Source: Schizochytrium sp. TIO01
Lineage: Eukaryota; Protista; Bigyra: Labyrinthulomycetes
Length of the DNA: 64,000 nt
Assembly: GCA_004764695.1 (NCBI GenBank)
Contig: SMSO01000014.1
Span: 6,066,029 to 6,130,028 of the forward strand
Reading direction: 5' to 3'
A program made the translations under genes and the position numbers. The first letter of the stretch is position 1. Each line of letters opens with the position of its first letter. Below the pieces are notes generated by a model that was given only the letters and a program-made list of their open reading frames with translations, was not told the DNA's origin and searched no databases. Below are positions 21,857 to 33,501 of this stretch, one piece after another.

Positions 21857-23019
21857 GGTACTTTTCAGCAAGATTTGTGTTGGAATGGTCTAAAGGCCTC
21901 CTGCATCCTTTCTTGAGTAAGCAACCCATCTGTTTTCCCGACAAAAACTGGAACCAAACAAATACAACGAACGTGAGGCAAACCGGTCAGAGCCTATTGA
22001 GACTAGTGATCTACCACAGGCGCATGCTCAACGCATGAGCTGTTCTGTGTGACGACTGTTTATATAAATGCATAATAATTTTGAGAAGACCAGGTGTTGC
22101 TTCCAACTATTGGAATAGATACAGCCTGAAAACGAAAAAATATTGCTATAGCTTTTCCAGCAATTTCGACTCATCACATCCAACTATGAAATCACGCACT
22201 TCACTATTTATACAATGGCATCTCTATGGCAACTGAGTCGATTTTGCCCATGATACAAATGACACCTTTTCAATTTAGTCGAAGTATCATCGTAATAGGA
22301 CTAAACCGGAGACTCGATCTGCTGCATGTAATTTTACTTTTCAGAGGTACACTCCATCTATCCATTCACTTTGATGAAAATTCATCTCAACGAGTTCTTA
22401 GGTTGCAGATCTTCTGGTGATAGCAGGGCCAAGCACTGTATCTCTCGATGGCACAACGAAAGATAAAGTTGCATCTATACATAATAGTAATTACAATTCA
22501 AAATATAAACTATGTTAATGAAATAGCCCAGTCAAGGGAAATCGGAAGGCTGAAGCATGATAATAATAGACAAGACAGGCGCAATCGATTGTGTATTCGC
22601 AAAAAAGTTTGGATCATGAGGAAAAGAATTTGATTGAAATAGTAAAAAGGTTCACAGATCGACCCTTTGAAAGAATTACATTCCATAAGCTAGCGAGCTA
22701 GAGAAGAAGACGATCATGGCGACAACAAAACAGTCGGGGATAAAGTAGAAGGGACGGCGAATCAGGTATCGCGATGATAAGAAGGAGAACAAGGGCAACA
22801 ACATGAACAATCACAGCCACAACTTATCATGGACACAACTGAGCATAATCCACTCATCCTCCATCACTTCAGTTATCGCAGGATGAAAAAAGACAATCAT
22901 GGACAAACGTCTTCCATTATACCGCCATCACAACCAATGCCACTATTATCATCATCGTCATCGACAACGACAGTGCCAGAAGCAAACAGAAGAGGAAAAA
23001 AAGCTGAAGAGATCAAGGA

Positions 23020-24592
23020 TTAGTTAGAATCCGAGAATCCAACCTTCTCAAGACGAGCGCGGTGGGTGTTGGAGATCTGCATGAGGGACTGCTGGAAGGC
23101 CGGCACCTGCTGGTACTTGAGAACAGCGGCGTGTAACAAATCCTGTGAATTCAAAATATGACGAGTCATTAAACAAAAAAAGGAAACGTTAGTACTCTGG
23201 ATACAAAATCCTTGACAACAAACTGCTGGCACAGGAAAACGCTCAAAGACAGACAAATCAATCCCCCTCTCTCACCCCCCGTTTAACATTTAACAAACAG
23301 AGCAATCGGATATAAGCCCGAGATCATACCAAAATAGTGTTGGAGGAACTACTCCGGTTCACAATGGGCCTAAATTACTATTACGCGCAGTAATTATAGA
23401 TGACACGTAAGAAAAAAGCGCGTCACCCATACTCAACTGGCGTGTGTGTGGAAAGCAGCGGATCAAAATCATTTTGCAAGCGCATCACCTATGACGCCAG
23501 GTTGTGCCCACTCAGATTTGATACTTGAAAAGTAATTTGCTCTGGATACCAATAACTCGGAATATGGAATGGGTCGGGATTGCAGAATTATTTGTCGTCA
23601 CAAAGAATCAGACAATTCAAAGTGTGTGTGTGTGTGAATGGTTTATCTTCATCCCCATTTCCTTGCGTCGCTAAAGGTCTCTTTCAAATACTCTTTTTTT
23701 TTTCGCTCCTCGTTTTTCATTGTTCCTCTTCCTCTTCCCCTCTCACTATCTCTATAATACAGCTACACTCTTCAACACGTTTTCCATATGTAACTAGCAG
23801 TTTCTGTTGTGTGCTCTTTGTGTCTCAACTCAACACTTTCACATTGCATCGGAGAGAAATAAGAAAGCTCTAAATCGATACACTTACCTCGCTGACACCG
23901 TGCTTGTTGTGAACCTCGTTGCGAACGTGGGGAACGCGCTCAAGGTAGCGCTGCTGCAATTCAGACTTAAAATCGTTCGACTCGGGAGTGAGGCCGGTCT
24001 CCTTGAGCTCGTTGTGGATAGTCTCGAGCACAACGTTGACACCCTCCATAGTCTCGGACATGATGGCAAGCACCTTCTCCATGGTGAAGTCCTCGGGGAC
24101 CTCAGGGAGCTGGGTCTGCTGCTGGCCAGTGACGGCCTTAAAGAGTCGCTTGAGCTTGTTGAGTGTCTTGTTAAAGTCCTCGTCGTCTTCGTAGAAAGCA
24201 GTGGCCTGGCGAACCTCGTCCTCGGTGGTGTTGTTTTCCCTGTACACAGTCTGCTCCACCTCAGCCATTGCCTGGCGGAACTGGCTCATAAGGTACTGTT
24301 CCATCTCCTCGTGAGAGATTTCCTTGCCACGGCTCTGGGCAGACATGCGGACCTTCTGCTCGTGCTCAGCGAGGTTCATCACGACGACCTGCATCATGCC
24401 AGTGATACGCTCGAAGATCTTGATCATGGTCTCCTTGGGGAGCTTGGCCTGACCAGCAGGGGCTCCAGCGGAGCTGCCCTCGGCCACCTTGGGGGCAGCA
24501 GATTGAGCAGGGCGGGTCAAAAGGTACAGAGCACCGGCGGCCAGGACGGCCACGCCGGCGGCGATGCCAACGGCAACAGCTTTGCTAGACAT
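23020..24592 (-). CDS. Uncharacterised 275-aa helical protein with an N-terminal signal-anchor and two internal repeats
   Basis: complement(join(23020..23142,23888..24592)). Donor GAG|GTAAGT at 23887 and acceptor CAG|GAT at 23143, phase 0, 745-nt intron. Strong C/G-ending codon bias in both exons. Confidence 0.85.
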
Positions 24593-25631
24593 GTTTCTGT
24601 TCCGGTTTCGTGTCCCTGTTACACAGACCGCAGCAAATCAATCAATCGTTACATATCAAGGAATGATTGTTGTGCGATGTAGCGCCATGGCCACAAGTGA
24701 CATTTGGATCATTTGGGGTGAGATAGATATGCAAGAGGGCCGAGCCACGTTTGTGTTGGCAGGGCGGTAGCAATGTCATTTCAGAAGCCATTTCCATGAT
24801 ACATTCGCACAAGCAAGCAAGTAAGTAACCAATCATTATGATGTACAATCGTCAGTACTCTTCTCTGTTTCTCGCCCAGCCGCCTCGTACTCTCAAGTTT
24901 GAATCGCCAGCGGCATCCGCCAATCAATCAAATCAAATCAAATCGGACCAGCCAAATGACCCGATCAGCGACCGACCCGCCATCCGGCCTGCCGGCGGGC
25001 CTTGCTGCCGTAAGAGGTCACCTATCTCGGAGCCCTCTCGACGTCAGCGCCGACCCCCACGCCGCCTTGCGCCGCGCGCTCGTGCACCTACCTGCTCCGC
25101 GACAGAGTTGGATCTATCTATCGGACTCTGCTGCTCTGTGAATCATCGAAGTATTCAAATCTCCACTCATCACTCTCACGTCTTTTCCAAACATGCATAC
25201 ATTACATAGGCCCAACTACGCATTTGCATACATCCTCTACGACAAAGAAATACGTGGCATTCAAAGAGAAAGAGAGAAAGAAGAAAACAGAGAAAAACAG
25301 AGAAAAACAAAGAAAAACAAAGAAAAACAAAGAGAGAAAGAACTAAAGAAAGAACTAAAGAGGAGGCTTCACTCCTTCGATCGTTCGTTCCCTCATCCAT
25401 TCCATTCCCGCATGGATTCGCCCATAAGGGATATGATGATGGCCTGAAAACAAACGCCATACAAACCAAGCGCCATTTGCTCGAAATGAGTGGAACGAGC
25501 GCTTCCCATTCAATCAGAAAGACAAAAAACAAATAAACATCAGTCCATGGTCCTCTGTTTCTCTTTCTCTCCTCTTTCCCTTAACTTCAAGTTACTTTTA
25601 TTTTTTTAAAGAACAGCTCAACCCATAACAA

Positions 25632-25780
25632 ACATACATACATACATACATACATACATACGAAATGATGATCATAAACAAACAAACAAACAAACAAACA
25701 AACAAACAAACAAACAAACAAACAAACAAACAAACAAACAGACAAATCATTGACAATAAGCAAACAAACAAACAAACAAA
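25632..25780. repeat. Compound microsatellite (ACAT)n + (CAAA)n
   Basis: (ACAT)n at about 25632-25661; (CAAA)n at about 25676-25740 and 25760-25779. Confidence 0.95.
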
Positions 25781-28143
25781 TAACAAGCGCATCATAAACA
25801 GCTCCAAATAAATAATTAAATAACAAATAAATAAACAAATAAATAAATAAAAACTCTCAGAAAACCAAGAAAGTGAATCGAGAAAAAACTGCGAAAATGC
25901 AGGAATCATCGAACAGCCGCACAAACATCGGCGCTCATGGCACTGCAGAAGAAGAAAGAAGAAAGAAGGAGAGAGAGCGGAGAGCAAACAGCTGCTCAAA
26001 GAAAGAAAGAAAGAAAGAAAGAGGCAAAGACAGCGCTCCAGAAGAAGACAAAACTCACAGGAAAGCCAAAGCTCTGGAAGAAAGAGAGAATGGATGGCTG
26101 GAGTCTCTTCGCTCCCCAAAGCCTCCCCACTCGCATACAAGTTCTCCGCCCCCTCCCGCCGTCCCCATACTACCCACATCATACCATCCCAGCCACCTCG
26201 ATTCTTGTATTTACCCTCCCATAGCAAATCTTTTCACGCCACCTCCCTCCTTAACCCGTATTAGTTTATGAATCGCATAGAATGCTGCAGTTTTTCTCGC
26301 GCCCATATTGCAACTGCGCCTTTCTCCTCGTGCAGCGCCTTCGAATTTTCTTCCTGCCCCCGCGGCCCGCCTTGTTCACAGTAATCCCGCCTCATTAAAA
26401 CTTGTATCAGCCGCCGGCCCCTCGTGGCGCCAGCTTTCTTGCCACGCTCCCACCCCCGTTCTTCGCCAGTTTGGAACGGCCCCGGCAGAGAACGGGAGCT
26501 TCGAGAAGCCGCTCAGGGCCTCCTCAGGGCTCCTCGCGGGCTCTTCAGAGGCGCTGAGGCCGCCTCTCAGACCGCCTCTAAGGCTCCTTTGAAGGCAGCT
26601 CTCGACCAAAAGCCGCGTCTCTGCGAAGGTCTCAAGGTCTCCAAGGTCTTCTGTTTTCTGTTCTTTTCCACCTTGTTCTTCTCTTTTGTTCTTTTTGTTC
26701 TTTCTTTTCTTTTGTTCTTCTCCCTCTCTTTCTTATCTTTCTCCTCTTTCTCTTCTGCCCTTCCTTCTTTCTTTCGAGCCGCCGGAACATTCTCCACTGC
26801 GGCGCCGCCTCAGTAGGCTATGCCGGGACCGCACAGTAGACAATGGGGCCCTCACAGTGGAGCAAACGTATAGGTCACTTTGCCGGCCTCCGTATAACTC
26901 ACTTGTCGATTCCGAGGATACCGCTGCGGCCCTGGACAGGGGAGCGCCAGAGGAGACTGGTGCTCGCTGTCCAGGGCAGAGGCGGCTGGTTTCCCCGCCA
27001 CCACGAATTTGCAGCCGCTGGGATTTGGGCAGAAGAAAGAAGAAGAGATCGCCTGAAATCGATCGGTGAGTCAGAGGGAAAGGGCTCATTCTTAGTTTGG
27101 CACTCACTCACTGACGAATGATTGACTTCAGGCGCTCTACTCCGCAAAAAAGCAGAGCTCAGATCGACGCCATTGGTCCTTCTCGATCGTCAATGATTTC
27201 CCTTGAGGCAGCAATTTTGACAGGCAGTCTTGATTCTACTACACAGTAGCACCTACCTAGCTAGGTAGTTAGGCAGCCGACACTGCTACCGACTCGCCTA
27301 ACGACTGTTACAGAGTGGGTGACATTTTACGCAAATGTCACGTCTTGGTAGGACTCAGCTATGCGTGGGTAGGAGTGGGCCCGGCTGCTGCAGCTGCGGT
27401 GGAGTGCTTAGGGCTATGGCTAGCTAGCTGCCTAGGAGGTCGTAGGTGCATAGCACTTGCATAGTCTGGACTAAAGAACCTGGGTACTGCAAAGGTTGCT
27501 TTGTAAAAGGATAATCTTCTGTGGTTGATTGGAGCATAGTTAAGATCGTCACCGCCGTCGTTTGCACAAAATGTAAAACTCAGCGGTGACGTCGGTCAGT
27601 CTTCTCTCTCCCTCTATGACATTCATACAGCGCAGCGAATAGATCAGAATATCTATCTATCACAGACGATGAATGACACTGGAGTCGTGAAGAGCGGTGC
27701 TGTGATTTTGCAGTGATCAACTACGTTTCATTCGCCTATAAATATATACGTATGTGTGTCAGGAATAACTCATGATTTATAAAGCAGCAGCGGCGAATTG
27801 GCGCCTCTGAGGACCGAGAAGGCTGTGGACGCAGGGCTTCTTTGAGCTGCAGCTGATGGCGGTTCAAGGATTCAAGAGTTGACCAGAATGCAACGATTTG
27901 GAATGGCGGGAGTTGAATCAATGCATCGCCGTGAAATTAATTTGGGCACTGGACCAGGTAATCTGTGGTAGAGTTACTAGTAGCCACTGCTAGCAGCGAT
28001 ATGAGATGAGATGCGCGTATCGTCTCCCCAGATTCCAGTGGTGACTTTTGGTTGTCTTGGTCTCGGTTTCCGCTATGTTGCGCAGCTGTTTCTTCGCCCC
28101 GTGATTTTGATTTCGGCCCACGGCGATTCAAGATTGCACAATC

Positions 28144-28188
28144 TGTTTGTTTGTTTGTTTGTTTGTTCGTTCGTTCGTTCGTTCGTTC
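28144..28188. repeat. Microsatellite (TTTG)n-(TTCG)n
   Basis: Direct reading: tgtttgtttgtttgtttgtttgttcgttcgttcgttcgttcgttc. Confidence 0.9.
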
Positions 28189-30046
28189 ATTTGCCATCCT
28201 GATCTCATAAACTGCGGCCGCTCATTGATTTTGATTCGTGCGCCGCAATTGATTAATCTCTTATAAGAAAGCTTGCAATTTTTTTTCTTTGCATGATACT
28301 TTATAGCGTCATCTTCAAAATAAAAACTGTGGCGGCCCATAATAGTTGAGCGAAAGTGGGAACGGTCTTGAAGATTGGCCACGACCATACTCCGCGCGAA
28401 GGTCACGCATGGCCAACCCTCATTACAGTGATATTCTGCGACAAAAATAGGCAACCAACACCATCTTTCGCTAAATTGCAGGAATGATTGAAACTTATAC
28501 TTCTTACCTATGATCTCGTTAGGTATAGTCAAACACAACTTCGATTGAAAACCCTTTCTTCCACCTGGCAGCTGCTATCCTCTATCTATTCTATACTCTA
28601 CCACCCGAATTAGAATGAGCGACGAAAGAAAAGAAACAGAAAGAAAATCCTCTTTCGCCAATTCCACACAGAATGAAACGAAAACTTCAATCACAAGAAC
28701 ACGCGCATAATCGGGAAACTGCCTACTTACTAGCACTAGTACTAGCTCTATCACTAATAGTACTACTACTGTGTATCTTAGCAGCAGAAGAAAGACAGTT
28801 CAAGCTTACATGATATCCTCCCAAAGACCGAGCTTGCACCTGAAACAAACCAACTCAAGCCACGCAACCTCTTCAAAACCCGACCATTATCTCAAACTTA
28901 ACTGGAATGACCATTATGCCTGCTTATCGCAAGCTACAGTTTCAAGCCATTTTGATAACTACAACTTATCCAACTGTGCAAGAATGCACTACTGCATAGT
29001 AGTTACCTAAATTACTTAGTACGCCCAATAAAACGCCGCCGACTTCCATCACTCGGTCTGCTATCATCCGCACCCCTCTCTCTTTTCCCAATGGAGTCGA
29101 TGGGCTTCTCCTTCGCAAGTGCATATTTCACTTTATGCAAGTGAACTATTCCCGCTATAACCTACTGTATATCAGCCTGGCAAGTCAAACACTCCGAAGC
29201 CTACTGCCGCGGAACCTGAGGAACGTTCCGGCCCTTTCAGCTGGATCTCTGACTACCAAAAACGCTACATCCAGCAGGAAGGGTGTAATATGAGGGAATG
29301 TGGGGAACAAGCTGTGCCAAGCCGATGAGACTGCACTCATTGAGGTCATCGGGCGATGCGCCAGACCAGATTGGAGCCAGGTAGGTGCGAGGCGACGGCG
29401 ATCGTGACGGTAGGGGCGAAGCAGGCACAGGTGCGAGGAGGTTTAGGCAGTGTCAATCAGATTGGGCACTACCTTTTGGCGTGTTAACCTGCTATGTAAG
29501 GGTCTGTGCGGCTGGATGCGGTGTTTTCCTCTCTGGTTGGTATATTGCTCTGCTATAGCAGTCTGCTCTGCTTCGCTTTGCTTTACTTTACTTTACTTTA
29601 CTTTGTAGCTGATGAGCAGCAGCACGTGCTGGTATGTGTAATGGCACAATTGAGAGACTCTGTGAGTCTTTGCAACCGATAGACTTTGCTTTGCGTTGGA
29701 GCGAATTTCCGTATCATGCGTTGCCTGGATGACAAGGATTGATCGAAATCATCTCTTGTTGCGGAACGAACTCCAGCGATGATTGTGCGCGGACATTATA
29801 GCACCGGCTAGAGAGACTCAGCAGTTTACCTATGTTCCGCCAGAAAGCACCTAATTCGCAGAGTGATCTGTTCCTCTAAGTATTGGCTGTGCAGAATTTT
29901 GGACGTTTAGACCTTGTAGGGTGGTGCTACGAAGAAGCGATGACCGAGTTGGAATCCTGATTATTAACTAACGGATTACTCCCCATGTTTGCTGCATGAT
30001 GATAAACAGAAAGTACTTAGTACCTCAACCTCAAATCGTATCTATA

Positions 30047-31134
30047 ATGTTCAAGACTGTTGCTAACAAGGGTGTCTCCCTCGCTGCCCGCACCGAAGGC
30101 CTCCTCGGCCGCCGCGTCGGCGCCATGAGCATGTCCAGCAACGTCAAGGAGGAGACCCAGAAGGGCCACAAGGATGTTACCACCAACATCAAGAGCTCCC
30201 ACAACGAGAACGTCATCTGGTCTGATGCTCTCCTTGACCGTGAGGAGCGCCAGAAGTACCTCCAGTCCAAGCACATCGGCTGCACCCTCTACGTGACCGG
30301 TCTCTCCGGCAGTGGCAAGTCCACCGTTGGTGCTGCTCTCGAGCACAAGCTCCTCCAGATGGGTGTCCACGCCTACCGTCTTGAGTAAGTTAGCCTTGGA
30401 CCCAAGCAGTGTAAAAATACGCTGCCTTGCAGATTCCCCTTATGAAACAGTTCACTGACACACTTTCTCCTATTATTTCGTGCTGCAAAAATTGTGCTTT
30501 TGTCTAATCTTTTTGCCTCTGCGTTTTGCGATTGTCTAATTTGTATTTCTACTCAACAGCGGTGTAAGTTGATACACACATTCAAATCCTCACCACGAGA
30601 TCTTACCTGCTTTCCAGTGAGAGGTACTGTGTGATTACATGTATTTGGAACTGAGATCTAACAAGGTTCTATATTGCGCTATCTGCAAAATTTCTCGCAA
30701 ATCTACAGGACAACATCCGCTTCGGCCTCAACGCTGGCCTTGGCTTCAGCGCCGCTGACCGTGAGGAGAACCTCCGCCGTATCGGTGAGGTCGCCGCCCT
30801 CTTCGCCGACTCTGGTGTCGTTGCCATCACCTCTTTCATCAGCCCGTACAAGCGCAGCCGTGAGAACGCTCGCGAGATCCACAAGCGCATGGGTGTGCCC
30901 TTTTACGAGGTCTTCGCTGATGTGCCCCTCGAGGTCGCTGAGTCCCGCGACCCCAAGGGTCTCTACAAGAAGGCCCGTGCTGGTGAGATCAAGAACTTCA
31001 CCGGTATCTCTGACCCGTATGAGGCCCCGGACCACCCCGACCTCGTTCTCCCCACCCACCAGCTCAGTGTTGAGGAGTCTTGCGAGAAGACCATCCAGTT
31101 TCTCAAGGACCAGGGCATCATCCGCAGCAACTAA
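30047..31134 (+). CDS. Adenylyl-sulfate (APS) kinase with a putative N-terminal targeting peptide; 3 exons including a 4-nt microexon
   Basis: join(30047..30384,30560..30563,30709..31134), 255 aa. P-loop [73 protein letters not shown] (CysC/Met14 family). Confidence 0.95.
30560..30563 (+). other. 4-nt microexon (CGGT) of APS kinase
   Basis: ...ctcaacAG|CGGT|GTAAGT; completes GA|C GGT|GAC = Asp-Gly-Asp. Confidence 0.9.
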
Positions 31135-32277
31135 GCTCTGCCCTCAAACATATTCTGTAGGGGTTGAACTCAATTATTCAACATACTAGATACACATGCA
31201 TTACACATTTTCCCTTTTTGTTGATCTGTAGTGATTGATTTTATTTGTCTAAGCCCTGTACCTATCACAGACTTCTATATCAAATCCATCTGTGTAACAT
31301 GGTTTGTCAAGACTACCAGGTGCACCTTGCCCTCAGTACGAGGGTACCAAAACAATTATGCACATAATGAATGATATAATCGACACATAAAGATCTTTGA
31401 CAGTCAAACAGTGAAGACTTTTGTCTCCACACTCACGAACACTACCAAAGTCCCAAATGCACTAAGCGTTATCTCCTCCACCAACCCTCTCGTTTCCTCT
31501 CTGTATTAAGCTTGCCATGGCGCGTGCAATTATACATAATTCATAAGCAATACGACCTCCACCCGGGTTCATTTCTACTCTCTTAACCCCAAACCAGCTG
31601 GAAGCCAAGCTTTCCCACTTCAGCCTTGAACGTAGGTACCAAAACCATATAACATATGCTTTAAGCTACACACTTGCTATTGTTCAAATCTGTACTAAAG
31701 ATTAAGCACTTACTCTGTGGACCCTGAGTCTTTTCTTAAATCACTAGTTCGTCTTGCTTGCATGTGCTCGTGGCCTCGCATCGATGGTATTTTGCCATAG
31801 CAGTGACCAATGAAAAGTAGAGATATTTCCTTTTACTTATGGCTTTGTTAGGTCTGTCTATTTGGTAGTAACCATCAGAGGATTCTGTCCGTCCCATGAA
31901 CCGTGGAAACCATCACCAGAACCGTCGCTCCAAAGCTGCAACATCAAGTTGCTCTGGAGCTTGTGACGCGACAACGGTGCCCCGTGCCCCGCTGTTGGAT
32001 TGGTGGAAGCCTCCTTGCTCCACAGTCGTGCTGTTCGTCTGGTTGTGATCTGAGATCAAACCATTCCTGTTAGGCATTCCGCCATTCCTGCCTTTGAGGG
32101 TTGCAAAAGCTTGCTTACTTGCGTGTGGTAGCATTTACAAAGATACTGAGTGCATGATCACAAGGCCTGAATACTAGGTTCTGAAGATCTTTGTGTTATT
32201 TATATTTGAGAAGAAGCTACGGATTTGTCAAGTGACAGAAAGCTTTTGAACGGACGACTTTGCATATAATATAAATC

Positions 32278-33501
32278 ATGAGTAAGAAGGGGAATCGGGC
32301 AGAGCGGCGCAAATCCCGATCCACGGGAGGATCGTACACGCACACACCCAATGCAGAGCCTAAATCTAGCAAGGCAAACTCTACAAATTCCGTGGAAGCC
32401 GGTGCAACATCTACCACTTCGTTGCCTTCATCTGCAACTAGTAAACCTTCTGGAGAAGAATCTCAGCAAAAACAAAGTAGACAAAACCAAATACAAACGC
32501 AACTGGAGCAGCTACGACAAAGACAACAACAAATTCAGCAACAGAAACAAATGCAAAAAGAGCTCTTAAAAAAAACATGGATGCCCGATGAGGCGACTGA
32601 GGTTTGTCTCGCTTGCCAAACTCCTTTCAACGTTTTTACCCGACGACATCACTGTCGGCGTTGTTTGCGAATTTTTTGCTCAACTTGTTCTCCATTTCGA
32701 GCACACCTTGCAGCATACCCTAATGAATCCGTTCGGATTTGCATCTCCTGTTTTAAGGCCCTGGCTGACGAAGGTGACGAAGGGGCCGTTCGTCAAATTC
32801 GAGATTGGGCAGCAATGGCATTGTCTTCCTCCACAAACTCTTCCGCAGGATCATCCTCCGCTTCTCTCAGACAAGCACTAGAACATAGCTCAGAGCTCCG
32901 ATTTAACCCAGAGCCCACTGATGAACAACAACTACAACAGTCGGTAAATCTGCATGGTCGCGCTCGCAGGAGTAGTGCAGAAGGTATACAGAGTTTCATG
33001 TCCAATGCTACTCTTGGAACTAGTCTTGCGTCTCTATGGGCCCGCTCGTCCAAAGCTGCAGCTGCTTTAGGAGTAAGCTCCTCTGGACAGTCCAAAGGAG
33101 CAGCTCAGCAATACGCAGGACCTACCTCACCTAAGTTATCATTCACCGAAGTGACGGATGATACAACACTAGTTGATCACCGCGAAAGTTCTTTAGAACA
33201 TACGATATTATCCTCCGATGAACCCGTTAAACCTTCAATACTGCCAATACCCCCGCTAGCAACCTTGCCAGCTCGGCCGCTTCAAGCTGACCCAGTACCC
33301 CTAGCTCTTTCTTCGACTTCAGTTTCCCGGGTATCCACTGAGATATCCGCAGCGATCCCTCACCAGCAGTCAAAACCGAATGCCCCGTTTGGCTGGTATA
33401 AGTGGCTCAGCCGCGCCGCTATTGTTTTGGCCATCATGATGCTACTAAGACGATATGTTGCATCAAGAAGGGCTCTACCCACTTCCCCATCTGCATCATG
33501 A
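32278..33501 (+). CDS. FYVE zinc-finger protein with a C-terminal hydrophobic segment
   Basis: Canonical FYVE signature WMPD..CLAC..F...RRHHCRRC.RIFCSTCS...RICISC; a Gln-rich coiled coil before it; AAIVLAIMMLL followed by RRY near the C-terminus. Confidence 0.9.
   Translation: MSKKGNRAERRKSRSTGGSYTHTPNAEPKSSKANSTNSVEAGATSTTSLPSSATSKPSGEESQQKQSRQNQIQTQLEQLRQRQQQIQQQKQMQKELLKKTWMPDEATEVCLACQTPFNVFTRRHHCRRCLRIFCSTCSPFRAHLAAYPNESVRICISCFKALADEGDEGAVRQIRDWAAMALSSSTNSSAGSSSASLRQALEHSSELRFNPEPTDEQQLQQSVNLHGRARRSSAEGIQSFMSNATLGTSLASLWARSSKAAAALGVSSSGQSKGAAQQYAGPTSPKLSFTEVTDDTTLVDHRESSLEHTILSSDEPVKPSILPIPPLATLPARPLQADPVPLALSSTSVSRVSTEISAAIPHQQSKPNAPFGWYKWLSRAAIVLAIMMLLRRYVASRRALPTSPSAS

Noticed and set aside
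23807-24682. 291-aa plus-strand ORF
   Set aside because: Antisense shadow of the codon-biased minus-strand gene; the same applies to the antisense ORFs over NHase, SF1, CWC15 and APS kinase.
26300-27150. Cluster of short ORFs in a GC-rich patch
   Set aside because: Overlapping low-complexity ORFs on both strands with no consistent frame or motif; more likely promoter or leader sequence.
30674-31189. 171-aa ORF overlapping APS kinase exon 3
   Set aside because: Off-frame reading (Ser/Thr/Pro/Arg-rich) caused by codon bias; relevant only as the microexon-skipped product.
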